Source: Octopus sinensis
Lineage: Eukaryota
Direction of reading: 5' to 3'
Assembly (NCBI RefSeq): GCF_006345805.1
Contig: NW_021832221.1
Coordinates: 1-64,000, forward strand
Length of the DNA stretch: 64,000 bases
Below the pieces are notes generated by a model that did no database searches, was not told where the DNA came from, and saw only the letters and a list, made by a program, of their open reading frames with translations. A program made the position numbers and the translations under genes. This document shows, piece after piece, positions 11,203-22,979 of the stretch. Each line of letters opens with the position of its first letter. Positions within the stretch are counted from its first letter, which is position 1.

Positions 11203-13396
11203 ATGTCCGATCCTCAAGTTGAATCCGATGACAACTACTCACGTTCTTTCATGAGGATATTAACGAGCTTACTGAAAACATATTTTCTTTGAGGGAGAGC
11301 ATTGAAATCGTAAGTCAATTAATTGCACTTTTCAAAAAATTGTAATTTAACTGTCAAATAGCTAATTCAAGTCAAAGATATGACGATCGGCATGCAACTC
11401 CCGCCGACAATGTCGGTCAAGTTTTTAGAAACAGTTTCCGTCCTACATAGAAGGTCGGTTTGAGTTTAAACGGTAGGTTTTGCCTATTGGAGCAGGGAGT
11501 CGACCGGTTGGGAGATTCATTCAAACGGGCATGTCCACAATTGTTTGGGGAATCCCAAAAAGTGGAAAAAATAATCCAAAACTATAACGATGCGAAACGG
11601 AGGTTGCAAAAAACCATGGAAAAAATTGGAAAAGTCGAAAAAAAAGTAAAATCAAATATTTTAGGCCTTTTTTCTCATTGGCTAATCCGACTAGGAAATA
11701 GTCCTCCGCAACCAGGCCAAATGGAACTCGTGGCAGAAAATCCTCACGACAATCGCCCTAAGGAATTTTCACAGAAATCGTTGGGCACTGTACATTCAGG
11801 AAATGAAAGAAGCTAGGAAAAGGTAGTCTTCTTTTTTCAGCATCAAGTCAATCGTTGTCCCAATATCTTGCCACTATCCAATTCAAAAACTTGCCTTCGA
11901 CACGTCTTGCAGATATTACGGACGAAAGGTGGGTATATTGTTCTGATCACGAGTTTTGTGAATATTTCCGAGTCACACGAGCGGACAGATCGGTTGACAC
12001 AGCCAGTCGCTCATGGAGTCGCCCAAACTGACTTGACTTCAAATAAGCACGGACTTTTATCTGACTTGGTTTCCAAAGTGATTGCATTTTTAGGATGGAA
12101 GAATTTACCAGTTGAAAGGATTCAAAGACACGACTGACTTGGGCACATGGACAGAGGAATGGAGACATGACCAGTGCTTTATGCTCCGAGTTATTTTGCC
12201 TGTCTCCAACTACTTGGTCTCTTTGGTTGTGGACGATATTGTCCATGACTTCGACCAAGACTCTTCCGGAACCGTTGACGTGGCGTTTCCTCTTTCTGAC
12301 CCTTCTAAAGTAAAGCAAGTGAGGATCCTCTTCAAAAAAGGACAGCAAGTTCATTTACTGGGACTACTGTCGTCTCCCCTGGTAACTTTTCGTTGATATT
12401 GAAAGGAGTTAACCGATGTTGTGGCCTCTGTTCGTCGAAGCAGTGACCTCTCTGTGGCTTCCATTGAGTGTAATAATGTTTTCTTTCCAATATCTGGTCT
12501 AATTTATTGCCTTACTTATAGCAAGTCGGGCATTACAAGCAAACGCAGTCTCAGTCAGATTGCACAGTGTGGAAGACACATGGCCAGATATTGAGACAGT
12601 CGATGTGTCATTGGGTAGATTATGGCACTGTCCAGTAGACTTGGATGACGCGGCTGTTATGACAGGATTGTATTTCTGACTTATTTTTAGACTTTGAACC
12701 AAAGAGACTCAAATGTGACGTCGCCTCATTGACAGACGGCTATTTGAAAGTAAATCAAGGAATGTGCACTGACCAGTCAGTGAATCATTTTGATAAGGTG
12801 ATTTGTTCGAGTCACACAAAGCTCTATTCCTCGCAAGAATATGACAAAATGATCCACTCATTGAACGAAGAGAAAGAAGCCATACAACAGTATTACGAGT
12901 TATATTTGGATGTCTCAGCAATAGACTTCAAATACGCCAGCTTAAAAGTGCTGTCCCCGACCACCAACCTAACAAGCCGACAGTAATAATGCGGGATAAA
13001 AAGATTTCCGCCAGCGCTGAAACAACGAGACACTCAATCGACCTGGTTGTTTGGCATTGCTTTCATGTAGATTCGACATGGAGTCAAGTCAGCAATGACT
13101 AAACGAGAGTTTTACAAAACAAGGAAACCATCAGTGAAGCCGTTTATAAATAAAAGTAGAAACGAGGGTTTGTTAAAAACATAGAATGGTGTTTAGCTTC
13201 CGATGTGATTGAGAATCAGCGTGTGACCAGGTACTCGGCCATGGCTCACCCGCACTTTTATCCCATGTCTTACTGGAACAGGACCCGAGAAAACCGTCCT
13301 CCTTCAATTTTAAACCTTCCCCCAATTCGTAAGGCAAAAGGCATTGGGATTGTCAACTTGTACAATACTTGCATTAAAATACGCCAACATAACTAA
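11203..13396 (+). CDS. Multi-exon hypothetical protein (~600 aa) with an N-terminal coiled-coil region
   Basis: Consecutive ORF pieces join in frame via short GT-AG introns (e.g. 11823-11847, 12069-12093, 13156-13184). One probable 1-nt deletion near 11232. Family not recognised. Confidence 0.65.
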
Positions 13397-13439
13397 TTTT
13401 CTTAAATAAGCTTGCTTGATCAGTTATGTTTTATTAGCG

Positions 13440-14050
13440 AAATCAAGTTAACTCCCAGCCAACCGGATAGCTTGCGCGTTGCCGTGCACGATTGCCAGCA
13501 AGATCCTCTGGCTCAGCTAAGAGGATTCGCGTGCATTCATCTTTCTCCGAGCGATAAGGAGGCCGACGTCTTTTAGGAATTTTCATGTTTGAGGCCGAAG
13601 GCTCCGGAAGTCTAAATGTCAGATAGACAAAAATTGTTGGGCGGCGAGTTTTTTGTACTTTTTGGTTTTGAGGCTTCCTCCAGAGCCGCGGACGATCCAG
13701 GAGAAGATGCGGATGGGGACAAAGTTTCTGTGCACGTTGCGTTCCAAATAAGGCACTTTTCACAGCGGAATGGGAAGGTTATTGAGAGGGGGTGTAGAAC
13801 TTTCACATCCATTATGCCTGCGCATCAACACCGATGGGGCGTGCAGATGTCAAGACGAATACGGAGAGCAACTATAATCCTAGGGGTCTCGTCATTTAAC
13901 AACAAACCCGTTGTTGCTGACGGGAAGGCGTCAAGCCAGGAGCCACTGTGTTTGTAAGTTGCGGAAAGCAAGCATGCAAGGTAGTGTTGGTCCAATAGTG
14001 TCTGTAGCATGGAAAAGTGGCCAAGATCTCTTCTCAATACCAAAAAATAA
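13440..14050 (-). mobile_element. Degraded 3' fragment of a CRE-like (RLE endonuclease) non-LTR retrotransposon
   Basis: HSGSWLDAFPSATTGLLLND..ALRIRLDIC..H.C, KCLIWNATC, GSSAALEEASK; homologous to 53915-54680. Confidence 0.75.
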
Positions 14051-14744
14051 ACCATTGGTCGTTCTCAGGGTCATTATTAGTGAAGTATTTTTAAATAAAT
14101 GTATTTTTGTACCTAATAGGGTTAGTTTTGGTATATGACACTAACTACCTCATATTTATATGAACCGCTCTCAGTTGGCTATGTGTGGCATCTAGCAGGC
14201 GAAGCCTCTCGATTAATGTTGAAAAAATGTATTCTATTTTTTTCCAAGATGATTTGCTTCTTCTCTGGACATCACTAAAACACTAAGATTGCAGGGTTTA
14301 GCTGTTTTGTCATATTAATGTGTATTTTCCTGTCTTTTCCGTACTTTGTGAACATTTTGTGTGTAGTGAATACTCCGTTCATGGCATGCAATTTATCCAA
14401 CAGTATCTGTCACAAATATTTTGTATTGATAATAATGGCTCCTTAATTCAAGTCGTGCATACATTCGACAAAGTATATTACATGCTCAAGTTGCTACTTA
14501 ATTCGGACAAATTATGTTTCTTCTTCTCAGCAGCAGCACGATTATATGGTTAGTTTGTCTTTGAGTGTGACTGCATGACTTTATCACAAAATTCTTGAAT
14601 TCGTCCATTCACTAACCTGGCTCTCCCGACTCCATACTGGCGACGAGCTTTAATTCTTGAAATTATAAGAACAATAATTCTACGGATTGACAGGCTCGAT
14701 TTCTATCCTATTATTTTGATTAAATTTTTTATTTTTAGCTTGAA

Positions 14745-15172
14745 TAATTGATTTGAAGTTTGAAAAATGAACTTCCATGCAAATTGAATTTTTTGGTGTT
14801 AAAAAAGAGGCGTTTCCTTTTTATGCCCCATGCAACCACTGAGGGTTGCATTTACAAAGTCTTTTATTTGTTTAATTTGTTTCATTACCTAACTTTCTTA
14901 GCATGTAGCATTTCACAGTAGAATTAAAGCAGGTTTTATAACTTCCTATCCATATGGCCATATGGCCTTAAATAATTTACTTTAAATTATAAGTAAACAA
15001 GCTAATCAATGACAGTTTTAGTCTGCTCCAATATTTTAATTAATTCGTCAATCATTAGTCAATTCTACCAAATTCTCTTCAACTTTTTCCCATCTTCAGT
15101 GACGTTTGATTCTGCTCAGATATTAGAATTAAGGTCTATATTCCCTGTTTGTGACAGCGTGCCTTCTATTCA
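14745..15172. repeat. Dispersed ~430-bp repeat, copy 1 (copy 2 at 34157-34570); class unknown, probably a decayed transposon
   Basis: Shared anchors AAATGAACTTCCATGCAAATTGAAT, ATATGGCCATATGGCC, CAGTGACGTTTGATTCTGC, TTTGTGACAGCGTGC. Confidence 0.8.
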
Positions 15173-16218
15173 TGATCGACTGACCACTCAAGTCATGCAT
15201 ACATAATTATACTAAGTCCTTTGATATCGTTTAAAAACAGTAAATTAATAGAATTTTGATGCAAAATAAGAATTATATCCATTACTCAGTTAATTTTATT
15301 TCACCCAACATATCTGTGAAACGGCAATGTCACATCGTGGATATTTAAAGTCAAAGTATTGAAATCGTCTTAAAGTAGAAGATGATAACGCCGAAAATTG
15401 ATATTTTAATCTCTAAAATGCAAGTACAAAAGTCCCATTAGGCAGTTTATTTACATTATAAATTTTTATTAATAAGATTTGATTTGCCAGCCGCAGAAAG
15501 AAAACTTTCAAGAAAGAACAAGGAAGTTAATTATTTTAATTAATCCTAAATTATTAAGTCCTTTTATGTTTTCTTTTTAGTTGTTGTGCAGCGGTAACAA
15601 CGGTAGGGCGCTCGTGACGTCCCATTCAAAAGTCCATTCATGTTTGGAATCCGTATCTGATGAGATGTCATGACGGCGTCAATTGTCATAAAATTCACTC
15701 AGACCCAATCGGAGCTTCCTGCACAGGCAGCAGCTGGGAATCGAATCCTTGACAAAGGAGATTACTAGCAAATTAGACCAGTTTTACTTATTAAGAACAA
15801 GAATGTTTTTTTTAATTTTTAAAAAGTCAAAAATAAATCTCTGACAGCAATAAAATATGAATAAATATGAAATTGGCATATAAAAAACATTGTAATTAAC
15901 ATTTCAAAATATCTTATTTGCATGATGTCTAATTTTTTCACTTTTAACTTTGAGATTCGCTTATTTACAATTATCTGTTACCCCCGATGAAATCCAACTT
16001 GGATTTCTAGCAGACTATAATTAAAATTTTTTTTGTATTTCACATGAAATATCAAGAGAAACAGATAGTTTGTCTTTTTATTAACTTTTGCCTGTATCTT
16101 ATAAATTTTTCAATGAGTCTCCCAGAGTTTATTACGCAATATATTTAATTTCAATTTATTCAAATTATTATTATTTTGTGTGAAATTAAATTAAAAGAAT
16201 AAATATATTCACGCTTGT

Positions 16219-16874
16219 ATGTCTGTTCAGGTTTATTCCAAGTGTATTTTGAAAATATTAAAATTATTACGCCAAAATTCTGATTCCAACGAGGAAATTA
16301 AAACAGTTAGAATTCTCAAACATCAATTAAATAGGTTTTTGAATATATGACAAATCAGCTTATTGAGTCAGACCTTCTGGTTCTTTTATCCTTATATCAC
16401 ATTCTAGAAAGAACTTCCTCTAAATGAAGATACAGTTTATTGCCGACTTACATCAGCTCCGTAAGTTAACTTTGATTATCTTAAAGAGACTGTAAATTAG
16501 AGGACATTGTAGCTCTTATTAACAGTTATTATGGCTATGATATTTTAAAAGACCGAAATATTCGACAAACTTTAGAAAGTTCAGATTTATTAAAAATTAA
16601 TTTTGAATCGGAAAAGGAAACCGATTATTTTTCTGCAGTAACTAGTTCCACAGATTGTATTAAGTCAAATCGAATTTTATGGTCTATAAAAGAAGAAGCG
16701 ACATTGTTGGATGCTGTCAAGGTTTATGGAAAGGATTTTGATTATATTTCTACAATTTTACATGAGAATCAACGTTCAGCTTCGGCAATAAAGAGAAAAT
16801 GGGAAAAGATGTCATGTGATAAAAAGTTGTTCAAAAAAGTTACTAAATATTGGAGAATTCATTTCAAAAAATAA
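16219..16874 (+). CDS. ~190-aa protein with a C-terminal Myb/SANT domain (absent from the ORF track)
   Basis: Four exons join in frame via introns 16306-16334, 16380-16407 and 16461-16486. C-terminus WSIKEEATLLDAVKVYGKDFDYISTILHENQRSASAIKRKWEKM. Start codon could lie further upstream. Confidence 0.75.
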
Positions 16875-17219
16875 TTCTTCATTTATTTTATTAATATTTT
16901 TTTTACGATTTTGTTTTTATTGAACATTAATTTTTTGTGTTTATTAAAATGTTTTTAAACCTTACTTGATTCAATTTTTTAGTTATATTAGTATGAGAGT
17001 GTTTCAATAATAAAACTAATTTTAGTTTTTAACCCTTTCTTTAAGAGGATTGTTCTACATTTAAATTAGTAGGTTTATTATGCTGTTTATTGCTACATTC
17101 ATTAATGTGTATTATTTAATACTAAAGTATTCCATTCCTCAAAATATTGATTCTTACTAAACGAAACAAAACATTTTTATTGTAAGACAAAAGAGGATAG
17201 TGACAAAAATTAGGACGGA

Positions 17220-17460
17220 AATATAAACGAGACAATTGATCAGGGCAATCGAGATCATTGAAGGAACGTCCGGTTTTCTGTCTAGAGGCAAGTTATTGAT
17301 TCAGATCGATAAATGGGTCGGTCACCCGAATTCGTTTCTGAAAAGACTGGATAGATTCTTTGATGGTCTGCCGCATCTCCGAGGACTTAAGGCTGGGTCT
17401 CGTAGATCTAACCTATAGGTTAGCTTCAGCGCATAGCGCCGTATCATTTCGATTTCATTA
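17220..17460 (+). pseudogene. Possible 3' end remnant of a CR1/L2-group LINE
   Basis: NSFLKRLDRFF motif resembles the conserved LINE ORF2 C-terminal FK.RLD.F. Confidence 0.35.
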
Positions 17461-17791
17461 TAATTATCTTATTTAGCATCGATTGTGACTCAAGTACTGT
17501 AAACAGTTAGGGCAAGTAATTTTCACCATGGGCCGAGGTTTTTGATGTTGTCGAATGGTGAAGGGAAACTGCTTATTACCAAGTTGAATAGAGGTGGACT
17601 ATTAAAAGATCCTTGCAGCACCCTTTTTTCGGAGCGTGATGTTTCTTGTATGGAAGCCAGATTCAGATACGAATGAGTTGCTGTTCGAGAGGAAGCACCG
17701 CAGTCAGAGCCTCTCCTGTTGGCTTACAGATTTGTACCCTCTCCAACAGGTTCCGATACCATTGACTGTCAAAAGCCTTTGAAATGTTTAA

Positions 17792-17932
17792 TTGTCAGAG
17801 GAGGAGCGTGTGGTGGTACTGCGGTTTGGGCACGACTGGGAAATAACATGCATGGTGATGGACGAGGTGCTGTACAAAATAGCGAAGAAAGTAAAGAACT
17901 TTGCAGTGATATATTTGCTTGACATTACGAAG
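17792..17932 (+). pseudogene. TXNL4A: Internal fragment of Dim1/TXNL4A (U5 snRNP 15K), intronless, lacking both termini
   Basis: LSEEERVVVLRFGHDWEITCMVMDEVLYKIAKKVKNFAVIYLLDIT matches Dim1 residues ~19-66. Confidence 0.88.
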
Positions 17933-18370
17933 ATAGGAAATGCATTGAGAGTGCAAATATTCGACTCAGCGTCTGGGGTTCAGCAAGGAGATCCATTAGG
18001 ATTTCTCCTATTTGCCTTCGCAACGGACCATATTGGCCAATGGCTGTCAAACCCGCTCAATTTCTGGTATCTTGACAAAATCCATACTTTGATATCATTT
18101 CGGACTTTGTCCAAATAGTTCCAAGTCGGGGATCACTCTGCTTTCTCTATTTGATCAGGCTTTCGCATTCCTTTCTGAGAAGGTTGCAGGTCTCAGATTG
18201 AAAACTCCAAAAGATCTGTTTGTCCTTGGTTCGCCAATCTTTGGTCGAGGGATTTCCACTGCTATTGCGGATAAGAAACGTGAGTTAGTTCTAACTCTAC
18301 GACTCGGAATCTCTTTATGCCACTACCATTTGTACAAGTGCGGAAAGTTGATAGGCTCCGATGGACTCCA
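17933..18370 (+). mobile_element. CRE-like reverse transcriptase fragment fused to the Dim1 fragment
   Basis: SASGVQQGDPLGFLLFA..PLNFWYLD (RT motifs 4/5 of the CRE type); downstream FVLGSPI. Confidence 0.75.
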
Positions 18371-19672
18371 CAAAAAACACCAATTTGGCAGATTTGCTTA
18401 TAAAACTAATTAAGGAAATTTTAGAATTATTTCATACGTTTCACCACATACACCGTGACTCATTTTTTTCCTTAGTAGAGTTGATTTGGTAAATACACCA
18501 GTTGCAGTAGAAACTACAGTAAACACAAATATTGCTGGTTGTCCTTCATTAAGACCTCAAAACAGTGTTTTTGATGACCAATGCATAATGATAAATGAAT
18601 ACGTGGGGGACATCGCGAAAGTTGCAAAACGCGAAAAAGACATATCCGAAACAGACAGAGGTACGTCACCACCTCAACCAAATAAAATTATTTATTCACC
18701 AGTTTTCTCACTAAAGTCAAATAATATTAGTTAAATAGCTTCTTATAAAAATAGATTATTTAAAAAGATATTTTCTTTCAATAAAATTAAGTTATTTTTT
18801 CCTTTGATTTTCATTCAGGATAAGAAAATTCTAGACTTTATTTGAAATGCCGATTTTATTAAGTCGAAACGCCCCAATCCGACTATAAATATTGCCAATA
18901 TTATTTAGACTTTGACGTACACAAATGGCAGGAGTTAACCCCAACTGTAATTGTATGAGAATTCCTAAATGGCAAAACGAGGATAATTCAGGTATGATAT
19001 CCAAACAGTACAATCGGGAGCAGATATGTACAAACAGAGCAACATGCACAGTTTTTTTAGTACTCAAGCAGATTGGAGAAATGATTCTCGGCAGTCTTAT
19101 TTTGGAGGATGGAATCGCGGTGGATGTAATCAAAATGAGCAACACTTTCAAAGTGATTGGAATTTTCATAGGAATAATTATTTTTATGATCTAAGATGTA
19201 AAGAAAACTAGGAGCACTATTATACTATTGGAAAAAATTAAATAAAAACAGTTATGTTAACGAAAATAAAATTTTATTAAAAATAAACAAGTGTCCCAAG
19301 ACTAATTTGACCCACTGTATATTGATAGGGCTGTTAAGTGCATTGAAAATATAAGTGGTATTTAAGAAATGTGGAATGATTTACAGCCTCCCACGCATAT
19401 TTTACAAGAAAATCAATTCCAGATATTGTCTGAGGAACATTCTATAAGTAGCTTATAAATTAAAAACGACTATGCTATATTGATAGGGCTGTTGAGAATG
19501 TAAGATGAGGTATTTAAGGAGTGTGGAATGACATTACAAATGTGATATTTGAAAATATCAATCATCCAATAGATAAGATAGAATTAACATTTTTAACACA
19601 AAGAATATAACTGAAAATAATATGAGAAAACGAAACTATCAAATCGAATCTTGTTCACTTATTTCTGTGATA

Positions 19673-20780
19673 TTAGGACACACCACAACCCTCGGGAGAC
19701 GACTGGTCGACCTCTTCAACCACATCCTCTTCCTCATCACTATCCTGACACATCTATAAAGGGAAATCACCTCTGCCAATTTTATCTGACCGAGGAAGTA
19801 CAAGACTGCTCGGGGGATGATCGAGTTACGGAGACTAAAGCAGATCTCAAGGACGTCATTCACGTCCATCTCGAACGTCCTTCCCAACCACTCACCACAC
19901 ACACTCACTTCCTGCTGCTTTCTCGACTTGTCACCTACCACATCACCACTCACTCATACTCAATGATTCACAAAATATCCTAAAAAACGAATTGACGGGC
20001 TTGACTTTCACCGTGGTAATCGGGGCCTTATTCTTTCGTTTTTTCACCACCTTTGTCCTCTTCTCCGTGAGACACATCCCGGGCTTCCAGTCGACGGGGC
20101 AACCCACGAGCCTGACAGTGTCGGGGTAAGAGTAGTCCAGTCCAGCATCCCCCTCCCCCTCCCTGTACTGGTCCTCGAGCGACAAACTCAGAATTTTGTC
20201 CGTAAAAAACTGATTCTCGGCAAATTCGAACTCGAGCTTCCACAACTGTGGAAATGTGGACAACACGACCAAACCGCCCGATTGCCTTGGACACGGTCGT
20301 ATTGAACTCGAATGTCCTCGAGGAAGAAGAGTGCCTCCTCGTCTCGCTCGCCGATAAAGTCAATCAATTCCGAGTTCTTGAGTGCCCCCAGCCAGAATCC
20401 CGGAATTCCCTTCACATTCTCGTCCACGTCGAGTTTGAGCATTTCACTAAAATCCTTCTCCATGTCCTCGAATCCGTTCTCCCACGTCGACTCCTCGTCC
20501 GTCGGCTCGTAGGTCCCCGATATTATTTCCCGCCTCTTTTGAGTTATTGGCGGGCTTTTACTATAGAGTTTAGTTTTTTGGAGTCTTCGTGGTATTTTTT
20601 GAAGATTTCGAATATTTCTTTATCACGTGCGACCTTCACGTCTACTGAACAGTTCAGCAGTCTTTTTAGTGCGTTGAGACGACGTCGAACGCTCCTTGTC
20701 TGGCTGTGAATTGTCATTATATGTTTATAGTACCAGAAATATGTCGTAGCGGCTTGCTCAGCTATTACCTGACTCTCCAT
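19673..20780 (-). CDS. NAP1L1: Nucleosome assembly protein 1-like
   Basis: VRRRLNALK; RREIISGTYEPT; KGIPGFWLGALKNS; KLEFEFAENQFF; GCPVDWKPG; SFFRIF; IIPRAVLYF; acidic tail after intron 19745-19770. Confidence 0.92.
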
Positions 20781-21541
20781 TTCAAATAATAGACCACCGT
20801 GAATCAACACGCGAAGATTTTATTTGTGGGAGGTTAACCAATGATTAATTATATTCACTTAATTATTAAATATATAATTAAAAAATCTTTTTTTCGATTT
20901 AATGTGTTAAATTGGTGTTATGAGCATACTCAGTATTTTTTAATTATAATTTAGTGACCAATACGTGGAGGAGCCCAAAGCAATTTATTTTTTTAAGATC
21001 CACCACCTGCAGGACTTTTGGCCTCACTTTCCTTGGTAGGGGATTGTTTGTGAGGTAATAGCCCCCGAAATGCAGTCTGTGGCAGAGAGAATTGATCATC
21101 TGGTTATTACGAGAGTCGAAAAGACGTCATCCAATCGAGTGACCCCACAAAGCCACGTAATTGAAGTACAAAATTTTAATATATTATGTCACCGGTTTTT
21201 GCTGGGACCGGCATCTCCTTGGACCGCCCTAAAAATCGACTAAATCGCTTTATTTATATCTAAAATTATTAAATAGTTAAAGTTTAACCCTAAAATGCTG
21301 ATAGATTCCAATTTACTGAAATTTCTTTCTTGTACAAAACCAACATAGTCCAACATTCGTTATTAACGCCGTTGAACTTTAAATATTTAATTGATATTTG
21401 GATTACCAGTCGAAAAAAATTAAAACTATTTATATTTTTTTTAAATAAAAATTAAATAAAAAAACACAAAAAGTATTATTCCGTGATAAAAATGCATTTT
21501 TATTTTTGTCGCGTGATAAAATTGCAACTTTATCCCAAAAG

Positions 21542-21690
21542 CTAACCTAACTTCAACCTTATCCCTAACCCTATCCCTCACCTTATCCCTATCCCTAACC
21601 CAACCTATCTTTAACCCTATCCCTAACCCCAACCTTATCCCTAACCCTAACCTTATCCCTATCCCTAACCCCAACCTATCCTTAACCGTT
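21542..21690 (-). repeat. Degenerate telomere-like (CCCTAA/CCCTAT/CCTTAT)n array
   Basis: e.g. CCTTATCCCTAACCCTAACCTTATCCCTATCCCTAACCCC. Confidence 0.9.
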
Positions 21691-21820
21691 ATTTTAACAC
21701 AAGCCTTATCTTAATAATAAAATGGTATGGTGTGTGTCTGTCTGTGTGTCTGTCTGTCTGTGTGTCTGTCTGTCTGTCTGTCTGTCTGTGTGTGCACACC
21801 AACTTCAAATTGGCAATACG

Positions 21821-22810
21821 ATGTCCTCGACTTACATGATGAGGTCCTTAAAACCTTCCCCCCCAAAAAAATTAAAAAAAAATTTTCTGCATTTTGGTAA
21901 AATGAACAACTACAATGTCCTCGACTTACATGATGAAGTCCTTAAAACCTTCCCCCCCAAAAAAATTAAAAAAAATTTTCTGCATTTTGGTTAAAATGAA
22001 CAACTACAATGTCCTCGACTTACATGATGAAGTCCTTAAAACCTTCCCCCCCAAAAAAATTAAAAAAAATTTTCTGCATTTTGGTTAAAATGAACAACTA
22101 CAATGTCCTCGACTTACATGATGAGGTCCTTAAAACCTTCCCCCCAAAAAAAATTAAAAAAAAATTTTCTGCATTTTGGTTAAAATGAACAACTACAATG
22201 TCCTCGACTTACATGATGAAGTCCTTAAAACCTTCCCCCCCAAAAAAAATTAAAAAAAAATTTTCTGCATTTTGGTTAAAATGAACAACTACAATGTCCT
22301 CGACTTACATGATGAAGTCCTTAAAACCTTCCCCCCCAAAAAAAATTAAAAAAAAATTTTCTGCATTTTGGTTAAAATGAACAACTACAATGTCCTCGAC
22401 TTACATGATGAAGTCCTTAAAACCTTCCCCCCCAAAAAAATTAAAAAAAAATTTCTGCATTTTGGTTAAAATGAACAACTACAATGTCCTCGACTTACAT
22501 GATGAAGTCCTTAAAACCTTCCCCCCCAAAAAAATTAAAAAAAAATTTTCTGCATTTTGGTTAAAATGAACAACTACAATGTCCTCAACTTACATGATGA
22601 AGTCCTTAAAACCTTCCCCCCCAAAAAAAATTAAAAAAAAATTTTCTGCATTTTGGTTAAAATGAACAACTACAATGTCCTCGACTTACATGATGAAGTC
22701 CTTAAAACCTTCCCCCCCAAAAAATCAAAAAATTATTTTCTGCATTTTGATTAAAATGAACAACGCGAATGTCCTCGACATTCATGATGAGGTCCATTAA
22801 AACCTTCAAG
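21821..22810. repeat. Tandem array, 10 full and 1 partial copies of a 94-96 bp unit inside the Helitron
   Basis: ATGTCCTCGACTTACATGATGAAGTCC restarts at 21821, 21915, 22009, 22103, 22198, 22294, 22390, 22484, 22579, 22675 and 22769. Units differ almost only in homopolymer length. Confidence 0.95.
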
Positions 22811-22979
22811 GCAAAATCTCACGTATTAAGAATATCCTTGATGAAAACGACAGCGAGAATATTAACAATGATGAACTCCCAATTATTCGCGATAAAGAAA
22901 TTCAATTCATCCTATGTTTTTCTCTTTAAAATTAAATGCATATATCATTATCGACCATGAATCAAAATTAAAGCTATTA

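Noticed and set aside
15655-15700. Hammerhead ribozyme (CTGATGAG core)
   Set aside because: No GAAA after stem II and no convincing flanking stems.
15590-15790. tRNA gene or tRNA-derived SINE on the minus strand (B-box GGATTCGATTCCC)
   Set aside because: A-to-B box spacing is too short (~32 nt), no cloverleaf and no second copy; the B-box-like GAGTTCGATTCC at ~34755 also lacks an A box.
18480-19211. Possible host gene (ORFs 18486-18734 and 18925-19211; the latter joinable by a 29-nt intron)
   Set aside because: The pieces cannot be spliced into one open frame and no family is recognisable; may be a decayed gene.
19745-19770. Record-short 16-18 nt introns (NAP1, 11823, 12078, 18992)
   Set aside because: Each has an alternative GT or AG giving a 25-29 nt intron that keeps or restores the frame.
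21821-22810. Regular repeats suggestive of a CRISPR array
   Set aside because: Head-to-tail units with no unique spacers, eukaryotic context, no cas genes.
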